This document shows, piece after piece, positions 1 to 7,403 of a stretch of 51,797 bases of DNA. Source of the stretch: an uncultured Ignavibacteriaceae bacterium. GTDB lineage: Bacteria > Bacteroidota > Ignavibacteria > UBA10030 > BY39. Within the stretch, counting starts at the first letter, position 1. Every line of letters starts with the position of its first letter. The notes under the pieces were generated by a model, which saw only the letters and a list, made by a program, of their open reading frames with translations, had not been told where the DNA came from and ran no database searches. The position numbers were made by a program, and so were the translations under genes. The stretch spans positions 1-51,797 of the forward strand of contig CAYTID010000005.1 of the NCBI GenBank assembly GCA_964437735.1, read 5' to 3'.

Positions 1-55
1 GAACCGACGACCTGCGGTTTACGAAACCGCTGCTCTACCACTGAGCTACACCAGC
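1..55 (-). tRNA. tRNA-Thr (anticodon CGU), 5' part only; the T arm and 3' end lie beyond the window start
   Basis: Reverse complement of 1-55 reads GCTGGTG-TA-GCTC-AGTGGTA-GAGC-A-GCGGT-TTCGTAA-ACCGC-AGGTC-GTCGG-TTC. That gives an acceptor half, D arm, anticodon stem-loop with CGT in the anticodon position, a 5-nt variable loop and the start of the T arm. Confidence 0.85.
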
Positions 56-102
56 AACCAACGTGGAATATAAACATACTTTTTGAAAAGGAAAAGAAAT
101 AA

Positions 103-1722
103 TTACTTGTCGCCAATCCGTTCCAATCCCTTTTTCGCGTCGACGTTACCAGGTTCGAGCTGGAGTACTTTTTTATATTCAATTCGGGCTTCATCAGCTA
201 ATTTTTTATTTAACTCATCCTCACCTTCTATTCGTAGGAAAATTAATCCCTGCGCTAACCAAAGGTGAGCCTGAGCACTTTTTTGATTGTACTCGATAGC
301 TTGCCGGAAATGTTTTACTGCTTCTTCAATTTTCCGACGATTTTCATCCGGATCATCTCCCCTGCTTAGGATTATAGCTTGTCCAAGCAAAAGTCGTAAA
401 CCTGAATCGTCAGCCCCTGCTGCGATTCCTTTCTTTGCCCATTCAATCGCATTAGGATACCGTTGTTTTTGAAAATATATTGTTGTAATCATATTATAAG
501 CTTCGAGAAGTTCATTGCGATATTTTTGCGATTGATCTCCAATCAAAGCTAAAACCTCATCGTATTCTTTTTTAGCAGCTTCCAAAGAATCCATAAAGGC
601 ATAAGTCTGGGCGAGGCGCAACCTGCTTCCCATATAATCAGGTCTTAATTCAACTGCTCTTCTGAGTAAAGATCGGCTTTTTTCAAAGTTTTTTAACTGC
701 ACATAAGAAGCAGCTGCATTTAGATAAGCGCTAAGCGAAAATGAATCAACGGCTATTTTCCTCTCATACGCCAAAGCGGATTCATCATATCGTCGAAGAA
801 ACATATACATTGCTCCAAGGTCGGTGTATGCATCTACTAAGGTTGAATCTAATGTAACAGCATTTTCATACGATTGAATTGCCAATTCTTTTTTATCCTG
901 ACCATATTGTGCTTTACCGAGTATAAAATAGTCTTCCGCGGTCAACTTGGTTTTTCTTTGCAATTGAAGAATTGTCTCTTCGGCTTTCGTAAAATTCTTT
1001 AATTCAATTAATGAAAAAGATTTAAAACGGTAAGCCTCAATATTGGAGCTATCTAATTTAATTACATTATCAGCAGCTTTGATTGTATTCTCATAATCTC
1101 TGATCTCATAGAGGGATGTCATATACAATATATTGGGTTCAAGGTTATTCGGTTGAAGTTCAGACAATTTTTGATACATCCGCGAAGCATTAAAAAATTG
1201 TTTTGCCAAAAAATATATTTTCCCCAACTCATCATAAAAAAGTGAATTTGTAGAATCAAGTTGTATTGCCGTCAGATATTCTTTAGCTGCTTCATTCCAT
1301 CTTTTTAATTTCTTATATGATTGGGCAAGCTTCAGATGAGCTTCGACATATCCCATATTCAAATCTACGGCTTTTTGGTATTCAATAATGGCGGCAGGAG
1401 TAATATTTTGCGCAGCATAAACATCCCCTATACTTAAATAAATAGCGGCATTCTTACTGTCAAGTTCCCGCGCTTGTGTAAATGCAATTAACGCTGCATC
1501 AAGCGAATCGATTTTGTGCAACGATTTACCCAACAAGAAATAAAGCTCGGGATTTTTCTTTTGTTTTTTCATTGCCTCTCTGAACAGTGAAATCGCTTTT
1601 GTATAATTTGCTTTTTCATATGCTTCCTTCCCCGAGATAAATGCATCCTGGGAAAAAACAGACCTATTTGTTCCGCAAAATGATATAACAAACAAAAGTG
1701 TTATGATGGCTATTTTTTTCAC
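103..1722 (-). CDS. secreted tetratricopeptide-repeat (TPR) protein
   Basis: 539-aa ORF with an N-terminal signal-like hydrophobic segment (MKKIAIITLLFVISFCG). Many 34-aa TPR-like repeats follow (A..Y..A-type patterns throughout). It is the last gene of the Ton string, 4 nt after the pstS-like gene. Confidence 0.8.
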   Translation of the reverse strand: MKKIAIITLLFVISFCGTNRSVFSQDAFISGKEAYEKANYTKAISLFREAMKKQKKNPELYFLLGKSLHKIDSLDAALIAFTQARELDSKNAAIYLSIGDVYAAQNITPAAIIEYQKAVDLNMGYVEAHLKLAQSYKKLKRWNEAAKEYLTAIQLDSTNSLFYDELGKIYFLAKQFFNASRMYQKLSELQPNNLEPNILYMTSLYEIRDYENTIKAADNVIKLDSSNIEAYRFKSFSLIELKNFTKAEETILQLQRKTKLTAEDYFILGKAQYGQDKKELAIQSYENAVTLDSTLVDAYTDLGAMYMFLRRYDESALAYERKIAVDSFSLSAYLNAAASYVQLKNFEKSRSLLRRAVELRPDYMGSRLRLAQTYAFMDSLEAAKKEYDEVLALIGDQSQKYRNELLEAYNMITTIYFQKQRYPNAIEWAKKGIAAGADDSGLRLLLGQAIILSRGDDPDENRRKIEEAVKHFRQAIEYNQKSAQAHLWLAQGLIFLRIEGEDELNKKLADEARIEYKKVLQLEPGNVDAKKGLERIGDK

Positions 1723-1726
1723 TTTA

Positions 1727-2650
1727 TTACTCCTCTTTATTTAACTGAATAATTCTGACCGGCATTGCAGCGGGGACCAAATGATTATTTAAAACTATTT
1801 TTTGTCCCTGCACACTGGTTGCAAAAGATATAAATCCGCTTGCCAGTCCATAACTTTTAATATTTGATATAATATAAATATTCGCACGCAACGGATACTG
1901 ATTTCTGTATACGTATGCTTGTGCCGGAGAAAAGTAGACCCCTGTTACGCCAAGTGAATCACTAATTTCCGAGTTATCGCTTATTTTTAAAAATTTTAAT
2001 TTAGTAAAAGAAGTATCATAATAATTCATACCTATCAAACCAATCGCATTCGGTTTATTAGATACCTCATTGATTACAGAATCAATTGAATATAACGAAA
2101 TAAAATGATTTGGTAAAACAGTTTTTATATCAAATTTATTTATAAGGAATTCATATTCATCCGTATTTCTTTCAGGTATGAAAAATTGAATGCTTGATGA
2201 ATTATTTTTCCAGCCAAGGTCTTTCCAATATTTTATTTTATTTCTACAGATACTATCAAGTTGTGAAGTCCGCAAACGGTCAATCGGATTATTTTTATGT
2301 ACAAGTACAACAAATCCGCCTTGAGCAATATAATGTTCGTGAACGTTTAATTTTGCATTTTTAACTACATTCTGTTCCTCTTCATTAAGTGAGCGCGAAA
2401 CAATTACAGCTTCAACACTATCATTCAACAGGTGAACGATTGCCTCACGAGATGAGGAGATATTTATATCAATCTTAGTGTCGGTATAAATATTTTCATA
2501 TTTTTTCACCATTTGACGAGCCATGGGGGCAACAGATTCCGAAGAAAAGATGACAATCTTACCGAAAGTGGGCGACTCGGTTTTTTCACCTGGCTGACAA
2601 CCTGTAATTAATAGTATTACAAAAAAAAATATGGCAATATTAATTTTCAT
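1727..2650 (-). CDS. PstS-family (phosphate-binding-protein-like) periplasmic substrate-binding lipoprotein
   Basis: 307-aa ORF with a lipobox (LLITGC). Overall resemblance to type-2 periplasmic binding proteins of the PstS family. No pstC, pstA or pstB nearby. Confidence 0.65.
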   Translation of the reverse strand: MKINIAIFFFVILLITGCQPGEKTESPTFGKIVIFSSESVAPMARQMVKKYENIYTDTKIDINISSSREAIVHLLNDSVEAVIVSRSLNEEEQNVVKNAKLNVHEHYIAQGGFVVLVHKNNPIDRLRTSQLDSICRNKIKYWKDLGWKNNSSSIQFFIPERNTDEYEFLINKFDIKTVLPNHFISLYSIDSVINEVSNKPNAIGLIGMNYYDTSFTKLKFLKISDNSEISDSLGVTGVYFSPAQAYVYRNQYPLRANIYIISNIKSYGLASGFISFATSVQGQKIVLNNHLVPAAMPVRIIQLNKEE

Positions 2651-2858
2651 CTCTTTTATTTCTTTGTTGTTTCGCCCAAATTGTTACTGCCCTGTAAATT
2701 CCGTAAAGAATAAAAACTATTCCTATAATGTACCTGAAATTTTCCGGAATATTCTTAGGTAAAAGCAATCCGGTCAGCATTGCGACACCGACAACACTGA
2801 CGATAAATGAAACTATATATCCAAATAATGCCAGTATCTTGAAAGTCTTTTTTTTCAA
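2640..2858 (-). CDS. small membrane protein with two predicted transmembrane helices
   Basis: 72-aa ORF with two hydrophobic stretches and a basic C-terminus. Overlaps the pstS-like start by 11 nt and lies 37 nt downstream of tonB, which is consistent with co-translation in the operon. Confidence 0.5.
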   Translation of the reverse strand: MKKKTFKILALFGYIVSFIVSVVGVAMLTGLLLPKNIPENFRYIIGIVFILYGIYRAVTIWAKQQRNKRDEN

Positions 2859-2895
2859 TTAAAACCGTCCTGCTTTTACCTTCGATAAAATGAAG

Positions 2896-3624
2896 TTAAT
2901 TTTTTAACTTAAATTTAAATGGAATTGCAACCCACACTGCAACAGGACCATTGTTCATAATGGCTGGTGTAAATACCCATTGCATTGCAGCATTGACTGC
3001 AGATTCATTAAATATTTCAGCATCACTTTTTATCACAATTGCCTTCTTTGGCTTTCCTTCTTTATCAACCCATATTTTTACCCAAACCGTCCCTTCCATC
3101 TGAGCGCGTTGAGCAAGATCAGGGTATACCGGTGTAATCTGTTTTACCGGTACGGGTTGTTTTTCCACAGGAACAAAATCCGGAGGTGGTTCGTCATCAA
3201 ATATTTTTATATCCTGTTCAATAGTCAATCCGGCACCGAGATCACCGGGATCGACCGTAACAGGACTCATTTGTTGACTCATTTCCTGTTGAGTTGCCAA
3301 AGTTTGTTCCGGACTTACTTCTGCATCCGGAACTGGAACCGGGACACCGATTGTCGGTTTCGCAGTCGGAGCCGTAATAGCAAGCTGAGGTGCGGCTTCA
3401 GTATTTGTTATTGACGGCGGTGGACCGAGTTCTGTATATTTCATTATCCGCATCATGTACACCGGTTCATCTTCCTGTGACAGGTAATTGGCTAGAAAAT
3501 AAGTTCCAATTACACTGAGATGAAGGAGTACGGCAAGTGTTAAAGCGATACCGGAATATCTAGCGCTTAGAGCTCGCAATTCCTGCATTCCATAATGCAA
3601 CTTTACAGTTGCTGTTTTAACCAT
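2896..3624 (-). CDS. tonB: energy transducer TonB
   Basis: N-terminal membrane anchor, Pro-rich spacer (PVPVPDAEVSPE, EPPPDFVPVEKQPVPV) and a C-terminal TonB domain (PVYPDLAQRAQMEGTVWVKIWVDKEGKP...). Confidence 0.8.
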   Translation of the reverse strand: MVKTATVKLHYGMQELRALSARYSGIALTLAVLLHLSVIGTYFLANYLSQEDEPVYMMRIMKYTELGPPPSITNTEAAPQLAITAPTAKPTIGVPVPVPDAEVSPEQTLATQQEMSQQMSPVTVDPGDLGAGLTIEQDIKIFDDEPPPDFVPVEKQPVPVKQITPVYPDLAQRAQMEGTVWVKIWVDKEGKPKKAIVIKSDAEIFNESAVNAAMQWVFTPAIMNNGPVAVWVAIPFKFKLKN

Positions 3625-3641
3625 AATATATCATTCCTTTC

Positions 3642-4142
3642 CTATGATGAAACTTTTGCGAGTACCTTCAAGTCGATTTCTTGCATAGGAGCAATACTAA
3701 ATCTTGAAACACCCGATATATTAAATTCATCTATTATATCTACCATCATGTGGTATTTTCCGCCTCGTTCTATCTTTAATAACACTGTTAGCTTGGGATT
3801 TTGTTCTTGTCTTTCCCGAAGCAAAGCACGAAGATTATCAAATTCGACCTTTTTGGGACTTTCTATACCGATATTCCAATAAATCGAAGCATCTTCTTTT
3901 ACACGGATTGTCATTAAATTACTTTCAGCTATTTCTACTTTTACATCAGAGTCAGGTGGTAAATTAATCTCCATCGTCTGCGGTTTAGTCATAGTTGTTG
4001 TTAACATAAAAAAGGTCAGCAACAAAAATGCTATATCAACCATCGGAGTCATATCTATAGCGATCCCAACCCGACGTGGTTTACGTTTCTTACCTTTCTT
4101 TTTTTCGTGCCCTCGTGGGGCAGCACCGTCGACAGCACCCAT
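3642..4142 (-). CDS. exbD: biopolymer transporter ExbD/TolR family
   Basis: Motif IDMTPMVDIAFLLLTFFMLTT, typical of the ExbD/TolR N-terminal transmembrane segment. 166 aa. Confidence 0.85.
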   Translation of the reverse strand: MGAVDGAAPRGHEKKKGKKRKPRRVGIAIDMTPMVDIAFLLLTFFMLTTTMTKPQTMEINLPPDSDVKVEIAESNLMTIRVKEDASIYWNIGIESPKKVEFDNLRALLRERQEQNPKLTVLLKIERGGKYHMMVDIIDEFNISGVSRFSIAPMQEIDLKVLAKVSS

Positions 4143-4153
4143 ATATTTACTCC

Positions 4154-4684
4154 TTAGTTATGTTCAAAATTAGTTATTAAATTGAAACGCGTAATCTGGG
4201 TTTTTTGTAAGATGTCCATGACGTCTTGTGTAATTCCATAATTAGCGTCTTTATCACCTTTAACAACCGTTCTTAATTTCGGATTTGTGATACGTGCTTT
4301 CACTAAAAGATCCGGTAAATCCCTGACTGTCACTTCCACACTTGGCGCTAATTTAGCCATAGCTTCCGGTGATTTGTATTGATTTCTGACATCGGGAGGA
4401 TAAAATTCCCAATTCCTTTTTACAATTTCACCTAAAACTCTTGATTTGGCAATCTGGGCATCAAGTCCGAGAAATATTCTATCGTCTTTTGTGATTGTTA
4501 TCATCATTACATCCGACTCGGGTAATTTGTATTCCGAATGAGAGAACGGGAGTTCAATAACCACCTCTTCAGGTGGTTTAAATTTTGTAGTTAACATGAA
4601 AAATGTAAGTAATAAGAATGCGATATCAACAAACGGTGTCATATCGATCCTGATTTTTACACGTCCTTTCTTAATTCTAGGCAT
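4154..4684 (-). CDS. exbD: biopolymer transporter ExbD/TolR family (second paralogue)
   Basis: Motif IDMTPFVDIAFLLLTFFMLTT. 176 aa. Tandem with the other exbD. Confidence 0.85.
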   Translation of the reverse strand: MPRIKKGRVKIRIDMTPFVDIAFLLLTFFMLTTKFKPPEEVVIELPFSHSEYKLPESDVMMITITKDDRIFLGLDAQIAKSRVLGEIVKRNWEFYPPDVRNQYKSPEAMAKLAPSVEVTVRDLPDLLVKARITNPKLRTVVKGDKDANYGITQDVMDILQKTQITRFNLITNFEHN

Positions 4685-4698
4685 AGTTTAAACTCCTA

Positions 4699-5478
4699 TT
4701 ATTTTGATTTGGACATTAAGGTCTGAATCATGTTATATCCTGCTTCATCAATCATATATGTGAAAGTATCGACTTTGTTAACGAAGAAATTATATGCAAT
4801 GATACCGGCGATAGCTGCAAATAAACCACCGGCTGTATTAATAAGAGCTTCCGAGATACCAATTGATAATTGAATGGCATCAGGTGCGCCGGCTTGTGCT
4901 AATGCACGGAATGCACGTATCATTCCTACGGTTGTTCCTAACAAACCAACCATGGTAGCTGTTGATGCGATTGTTGATAATGCGATTAAATTTCTCTCGA
5001 GAACCGGCATTTCCAAAGAAGTAGCTTCTTCTATTGATCGTTGGACTTCTGCCATTTCTTTTTCAGCTTCCCAACCTTTTTCTTCTTTCGAAATTACTTT
5101 GTATCTTTCCAAGCCTGTTTTAACAATATTTGCGAGAGAACCGCGTTGTTTATCACATGCGGCTATTGCCGAATCAATATTCCCTGCCTGAAGATCACGT
5201 TGAATCTGACGAACGAAAGTAGCCATAGAACCTTTACCTTTCGCCTTACCAAGTGAAAACATGCGTTCAAAAATATAAGTTATTACTAAAATTGATAACA
5301 TTATCAATACCGGAACGAAAACTCCACCCACAAATACAGTTCCGAGAAGTGTAGTTGGCTGGTGTCGTGCTTCGCCGTCTTTGAAATTGGCAGGATCGCC
5401 GAGAATAAACCACCATATTGATACTGATATCACGGCGGCTAATACAAATACGATTAGTGAAAACATATTTTGTTTCAT
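4699..5478 (-). CDS. exbB: MotA/TolQ/ExbB proton-channel protein
   Basis: 259 aa, three transmembrane segments. C-terminal conserved region STIASTATMVGLLGTTVGMIRAF...GISEALINTAGGL is typical of ExbB/TolQ. Confidence 0.85.
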   Translation of the reverse strand: MKQNMFSLIVFVLAAVISVSIWWFILGDPANFKDGEARHQPTTLLGTVFVGGVFVPVLIMLSILVITYIFERMFSLGKAKGKGSMATFVRQIQRDLQAGNIDSAIAACDKQRGSLANIVKTGLERYKVISKEEKGWEAEKEMAEVQRSIEEATSLEMPVLERNLIALSTIASTATMVGLLGTTVGMIRAFRALAQAGAPDAIQLSIGISEALINTAGGLFAAIAGIIAYNFFVNKVDTFTYMIDEAGYNMIQTLMSKSK

Positions 5479-5489
5479 TTTTTAACTCC

Positions 5490-5861
5490 TTAATGGTTGT
5501 TTGTATAGTTTATTGTGTTAGTTGATTGATATTTATTTACAGCCTCGTCAGTATTATCGTATATTTCAAATACTGTACTTAATTTTGTTATTATAAAAAT
5601 ATTTTTAATTGACTTGTTTACGCCACTCAACAGAATTTCTCCGCCGTTCCGGGAGAAATTAGTATATACAGAAATTAAAGCCCCGATTCCTATACTATTT
5701 ATTAAATTAACTTTACTTAAATCGATGATTACTCTTTTTATACCCTGTTCAATAAAATCTGAAACAGCATCTTTTAGCTTTTCGATTTCTTCTTCGCTTA
5801 TCAGAGACGATTTAAACTCGATTATACCAACCGCTCCGCTATTTATTGTTCTTGTTCTCAT
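5490..5861 (-). CDS. STAS-domain protein (SpoIIAA-like anti-sigma-factor antagonist family)
   Basis: 123 aa. The segment RVIIDLSKVNLINSIGIGALI resembles the STAS phosphorylation-loop region (DLS.V.fIDSsGlG) and the Ser is retained. Stops 11 nt upstream of exbB. Confidence 0.7.
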   Translation of the reverse strand: MRTRTINSGAVGIIEFKSSLISEEEIEKLKDAVSDFIEQGIKRVIIDLSKVNLINSIGIGALISVYTNFSRNGGEILLSGVNKSIKNIFIITKLSTVFEIYDNTDEAVNKYQSTNTINYTNNH

Positions 5862-5898
5862 TTAAATTCAATAAATTTTATTTTTATAATTATATTTT

Positions 5899-5914
5899 TA
5901 CAAAAACGATGCCA
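5899..5914 (-). promoter_or_regulatory. candidate sigma-54 (-24/-12) promoter upstream of the STAS-exbB operon
   Basis: The minus strand reads TGGCATCGTTTTTGTA against the consensus TGGCACG-N4-TTGCW. The GG element and spacing are correct, but the -12 element is TTGT instead of TTGC. It lies about 37 nt upstream of the STAS ATG at 5861, next to a sigma-54 enhancer-binding protein gene. Confidence 0.35.
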
Positions 5915-5985
5915 GAATATATTCCAAAAACGTTTTAATTTAAGGACTTTTTTGACAAGAGATTGTTATTCGATTATCTCTAACC

Positions 5986-5998
5986 TTGCATTATGCAA
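5986..5998. promoter_or_regulatory. 13-bp palindrome TTGCA-TTA-TGCAA, candidate enhancer/operator site
   Basis: Inverted repeat read directly from the sequence. Its centre is about 80 bp upstream of the sigma-54-like element. A second copy of the same TTGCA-N3-TGCAA architecture lies at 6063-6075. Confidence 0.4.
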
Positions 5999-6062
5999 CT
6001 AATAATTAACCGATTTTAAAAAAACATTGCTATATGTGTGATAATCAATAATTTAATAAGAA

Positions 6063-6075
6063 TTGCAATTTGCAA
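6063..6075. promoter_or_regulatory. 13-bp palindrome TTGCA-ATT-TGCAA (15 bp as ATTGCAA-T-TTGCAAT), candidate enhancer/operator site
   Basis: Perfect inverted repeat 2 nt downstream of the enhancer-binding protein stop codon. Centre-to-centre distance to the 5986-5998 site is 77 bp. Confidence 0.4.
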
Positions 6076-6077
6076 TA

Positions 6078-7403
6078 TTATAAATTATACTTTTTTCTTT
6101 TTCTCCATAGGGTGGCAGGATCTATCCCAAGCAGGAGCGATGCTTCCTCCAAATCCGCGGCAACGCCAAGCACTCTTTTAATTTGTCGGATTTCAGTTTC
6201 TTGTAATGAAAGTATTCCCGATTTACCTTCCGTTGCTTTCTGAACTTCATTTGGCAAGTAGTCCGGTTTGATTAAACCATCTTTCGCAAACACTACACAT
6301 CTTTCGATTACATTTTCTAGCTCTCGCACATTCCCGGGCCAGCGATATGTAGTAAGTAATTTTAACGCCTCCGGTGAAAATTCAACTTCTTTTTTGTTAC
6401 TGAATTTTTCAACGAAATGTTGCATTAGAACTAGTATATCTTCAGGTCTCTCTCTCAAAGGGGGTAGTTCGATTCTTACTGCATTAAGCCTGTAATAAAG
6501 GTCTTCTCTAATCAATCCGGAATCTATAGCTTCTTCTAATTTTCTATTGGTTGCAGCGATGACACGGACATCTACTTTTCGGGTTTTATTTTCACCGATT
6601 CTTTCAAACTCCTTATCCTGAAGAAAACGTAATAATTTTACTTGAACTGTCTGTGGTAATTCTCCTATTTCATCGAGCAAAATAGTTCCACTCTCGGCAG
6701 CTTCAAATCTGCCAGTTCGATCCTTTATCGCACCTGTATAGGATCCTTTAATATGACCAAATAATTCACTTTCTAAAAGTGTCTCCGGCAATGCAGCACA
6801 ACTGACTTTAACAAATGGTTTAGATTTTCTTCCGCTATGATTATGGATGAACCGAGCTAACATCTCTTTACCTGTCCCACTTTCACCAACGATTAGAACG
6901 CTCAGACCTGAATTGGCAGCTTGCCTTGCTAAATCAAGTTGCTTTAACACCAACGGATTTCTCGTAACAAATTCGCTTTCTTCACGAGTCTCTTCAAGTT
7001 GTTGTCGTAATTGACGAACCTCGTTTTTTAACCGATGGTGTTCATAGACTCTCTCTGTAAACAGTTGAAATTCCTGCATATCAAATGGTTTTTGAAGAAA
7101 ATCCTCCGCTCCGTTTTTAATTGCCTCAACTGCGCTTTCTATCGAACCGTGAGCCGTAATAATAACAACAGTTGTGTGTGGAGATTTTTGTTTGCAGATT
7201 TTTAGTAATTGCAATCCATCGATCGGTGACATTTTCAAATCAAAGAAAGCGATATCATACTCCTTGTCGTTCAATGACTGACTCGCGTCAAGCGGATTTG
7301 CTATAGCCTCGACATCAAAACCGACTGATTCCAAATAGATTTTTAAAGTTTTCAGAATATTCGGTTCATCATCAACTACTAATATTTTTCCTCTAAAGGT
7401 CAT
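6078..7403 (-). CDS. sigma-54-dependent response regulator (REC - AAA+ - Fis-type HTH), NtrC family
   Basis: Receiver domain (ILVVDDEPNI...FFDLKMSPIDG). AAA+ Walker A (GESGTGKE) and Walker B (ILLDEIGEL). Loop ESELFGHIKGSYTGA, a variant of GAFTGA. RWPGNVRELEN motif. C-terminal HTH. ATGA overlap with the upstream kinase gene. Confidence 0.9.
   Translation of the reverse strand: MTFRGKILVVDDEPNILKTLKIYLESVGFDVEAIANPLDASQSLNDKEYDIAFFDLKMSPIDGLQLLKICKQKSPHTTVVIITAHGSIESAVEAIKNGAEDFLQKPFDMQEFQLFTERVYEHHRLKNEVRQLRQQLEETREESEFVTRNPLVLKQLDLARQAANSGLSVLIVGESGTGKEMLARFIHNHSGRKSKPFVKVSCAALPETLLESELFGHIKGSYTGAIKDRTGRFEAAESGTILLDEIGELPQTVQVKLLRFLQDKEFERIGENKTRKVDVRVIAATNRKLEEAIDSGLIREDLYYRLNAVRIELPPLRERPEDILVLMQHFVEKFSNKKEVEFSPEALKLLTTYRWPGNVRELENVIERCVVFAKDGLIKPDYLPNEVQKATEGKSGILSLQETEIRQIKRVLGVAADLEEASLLLGIDPATLWRKRKKYNL

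Noticed and set aside
2980-3414. 144-aa plus-strand ORF antisense to tonB. The same applies to similar antisense ORFs at 83-268, 287-472, 3595-3882, 4874-5191, 5041-5256, 5614-5865, 6268-6495, 7635-7850, 8328-8705, 8846-9034, 10889-11170, 13113-13529, 14618-14944, 23789-24488, 29928-30276, 33751-34095, 37538-38136, 38788-39054, 39430-39723, 47884-48126 and 49245-49556.
   Set aside because: All lie entirely within, and opposite to, genes with strong family motifs. Their translations are low-complexity (Ser/Phe/Ile/Leu-rich) with no recognisable motifs. Long antisense ORFs are expected by chance in AT-rich genomes.
4559-4578. Perfect 8-bp hairpin AACCACCT-cttc-AGGTGGTT inside exbD, superficially like the CACCT...AGGTG hairpins flanking the Y1 transposase.
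   Set aside because: It lies in frame within conserved coding sequence (KPPEEVV) and no second element is nearby. It is most likely a coincidence of codon choice, and only a genome-wide REP search could say otherwise.
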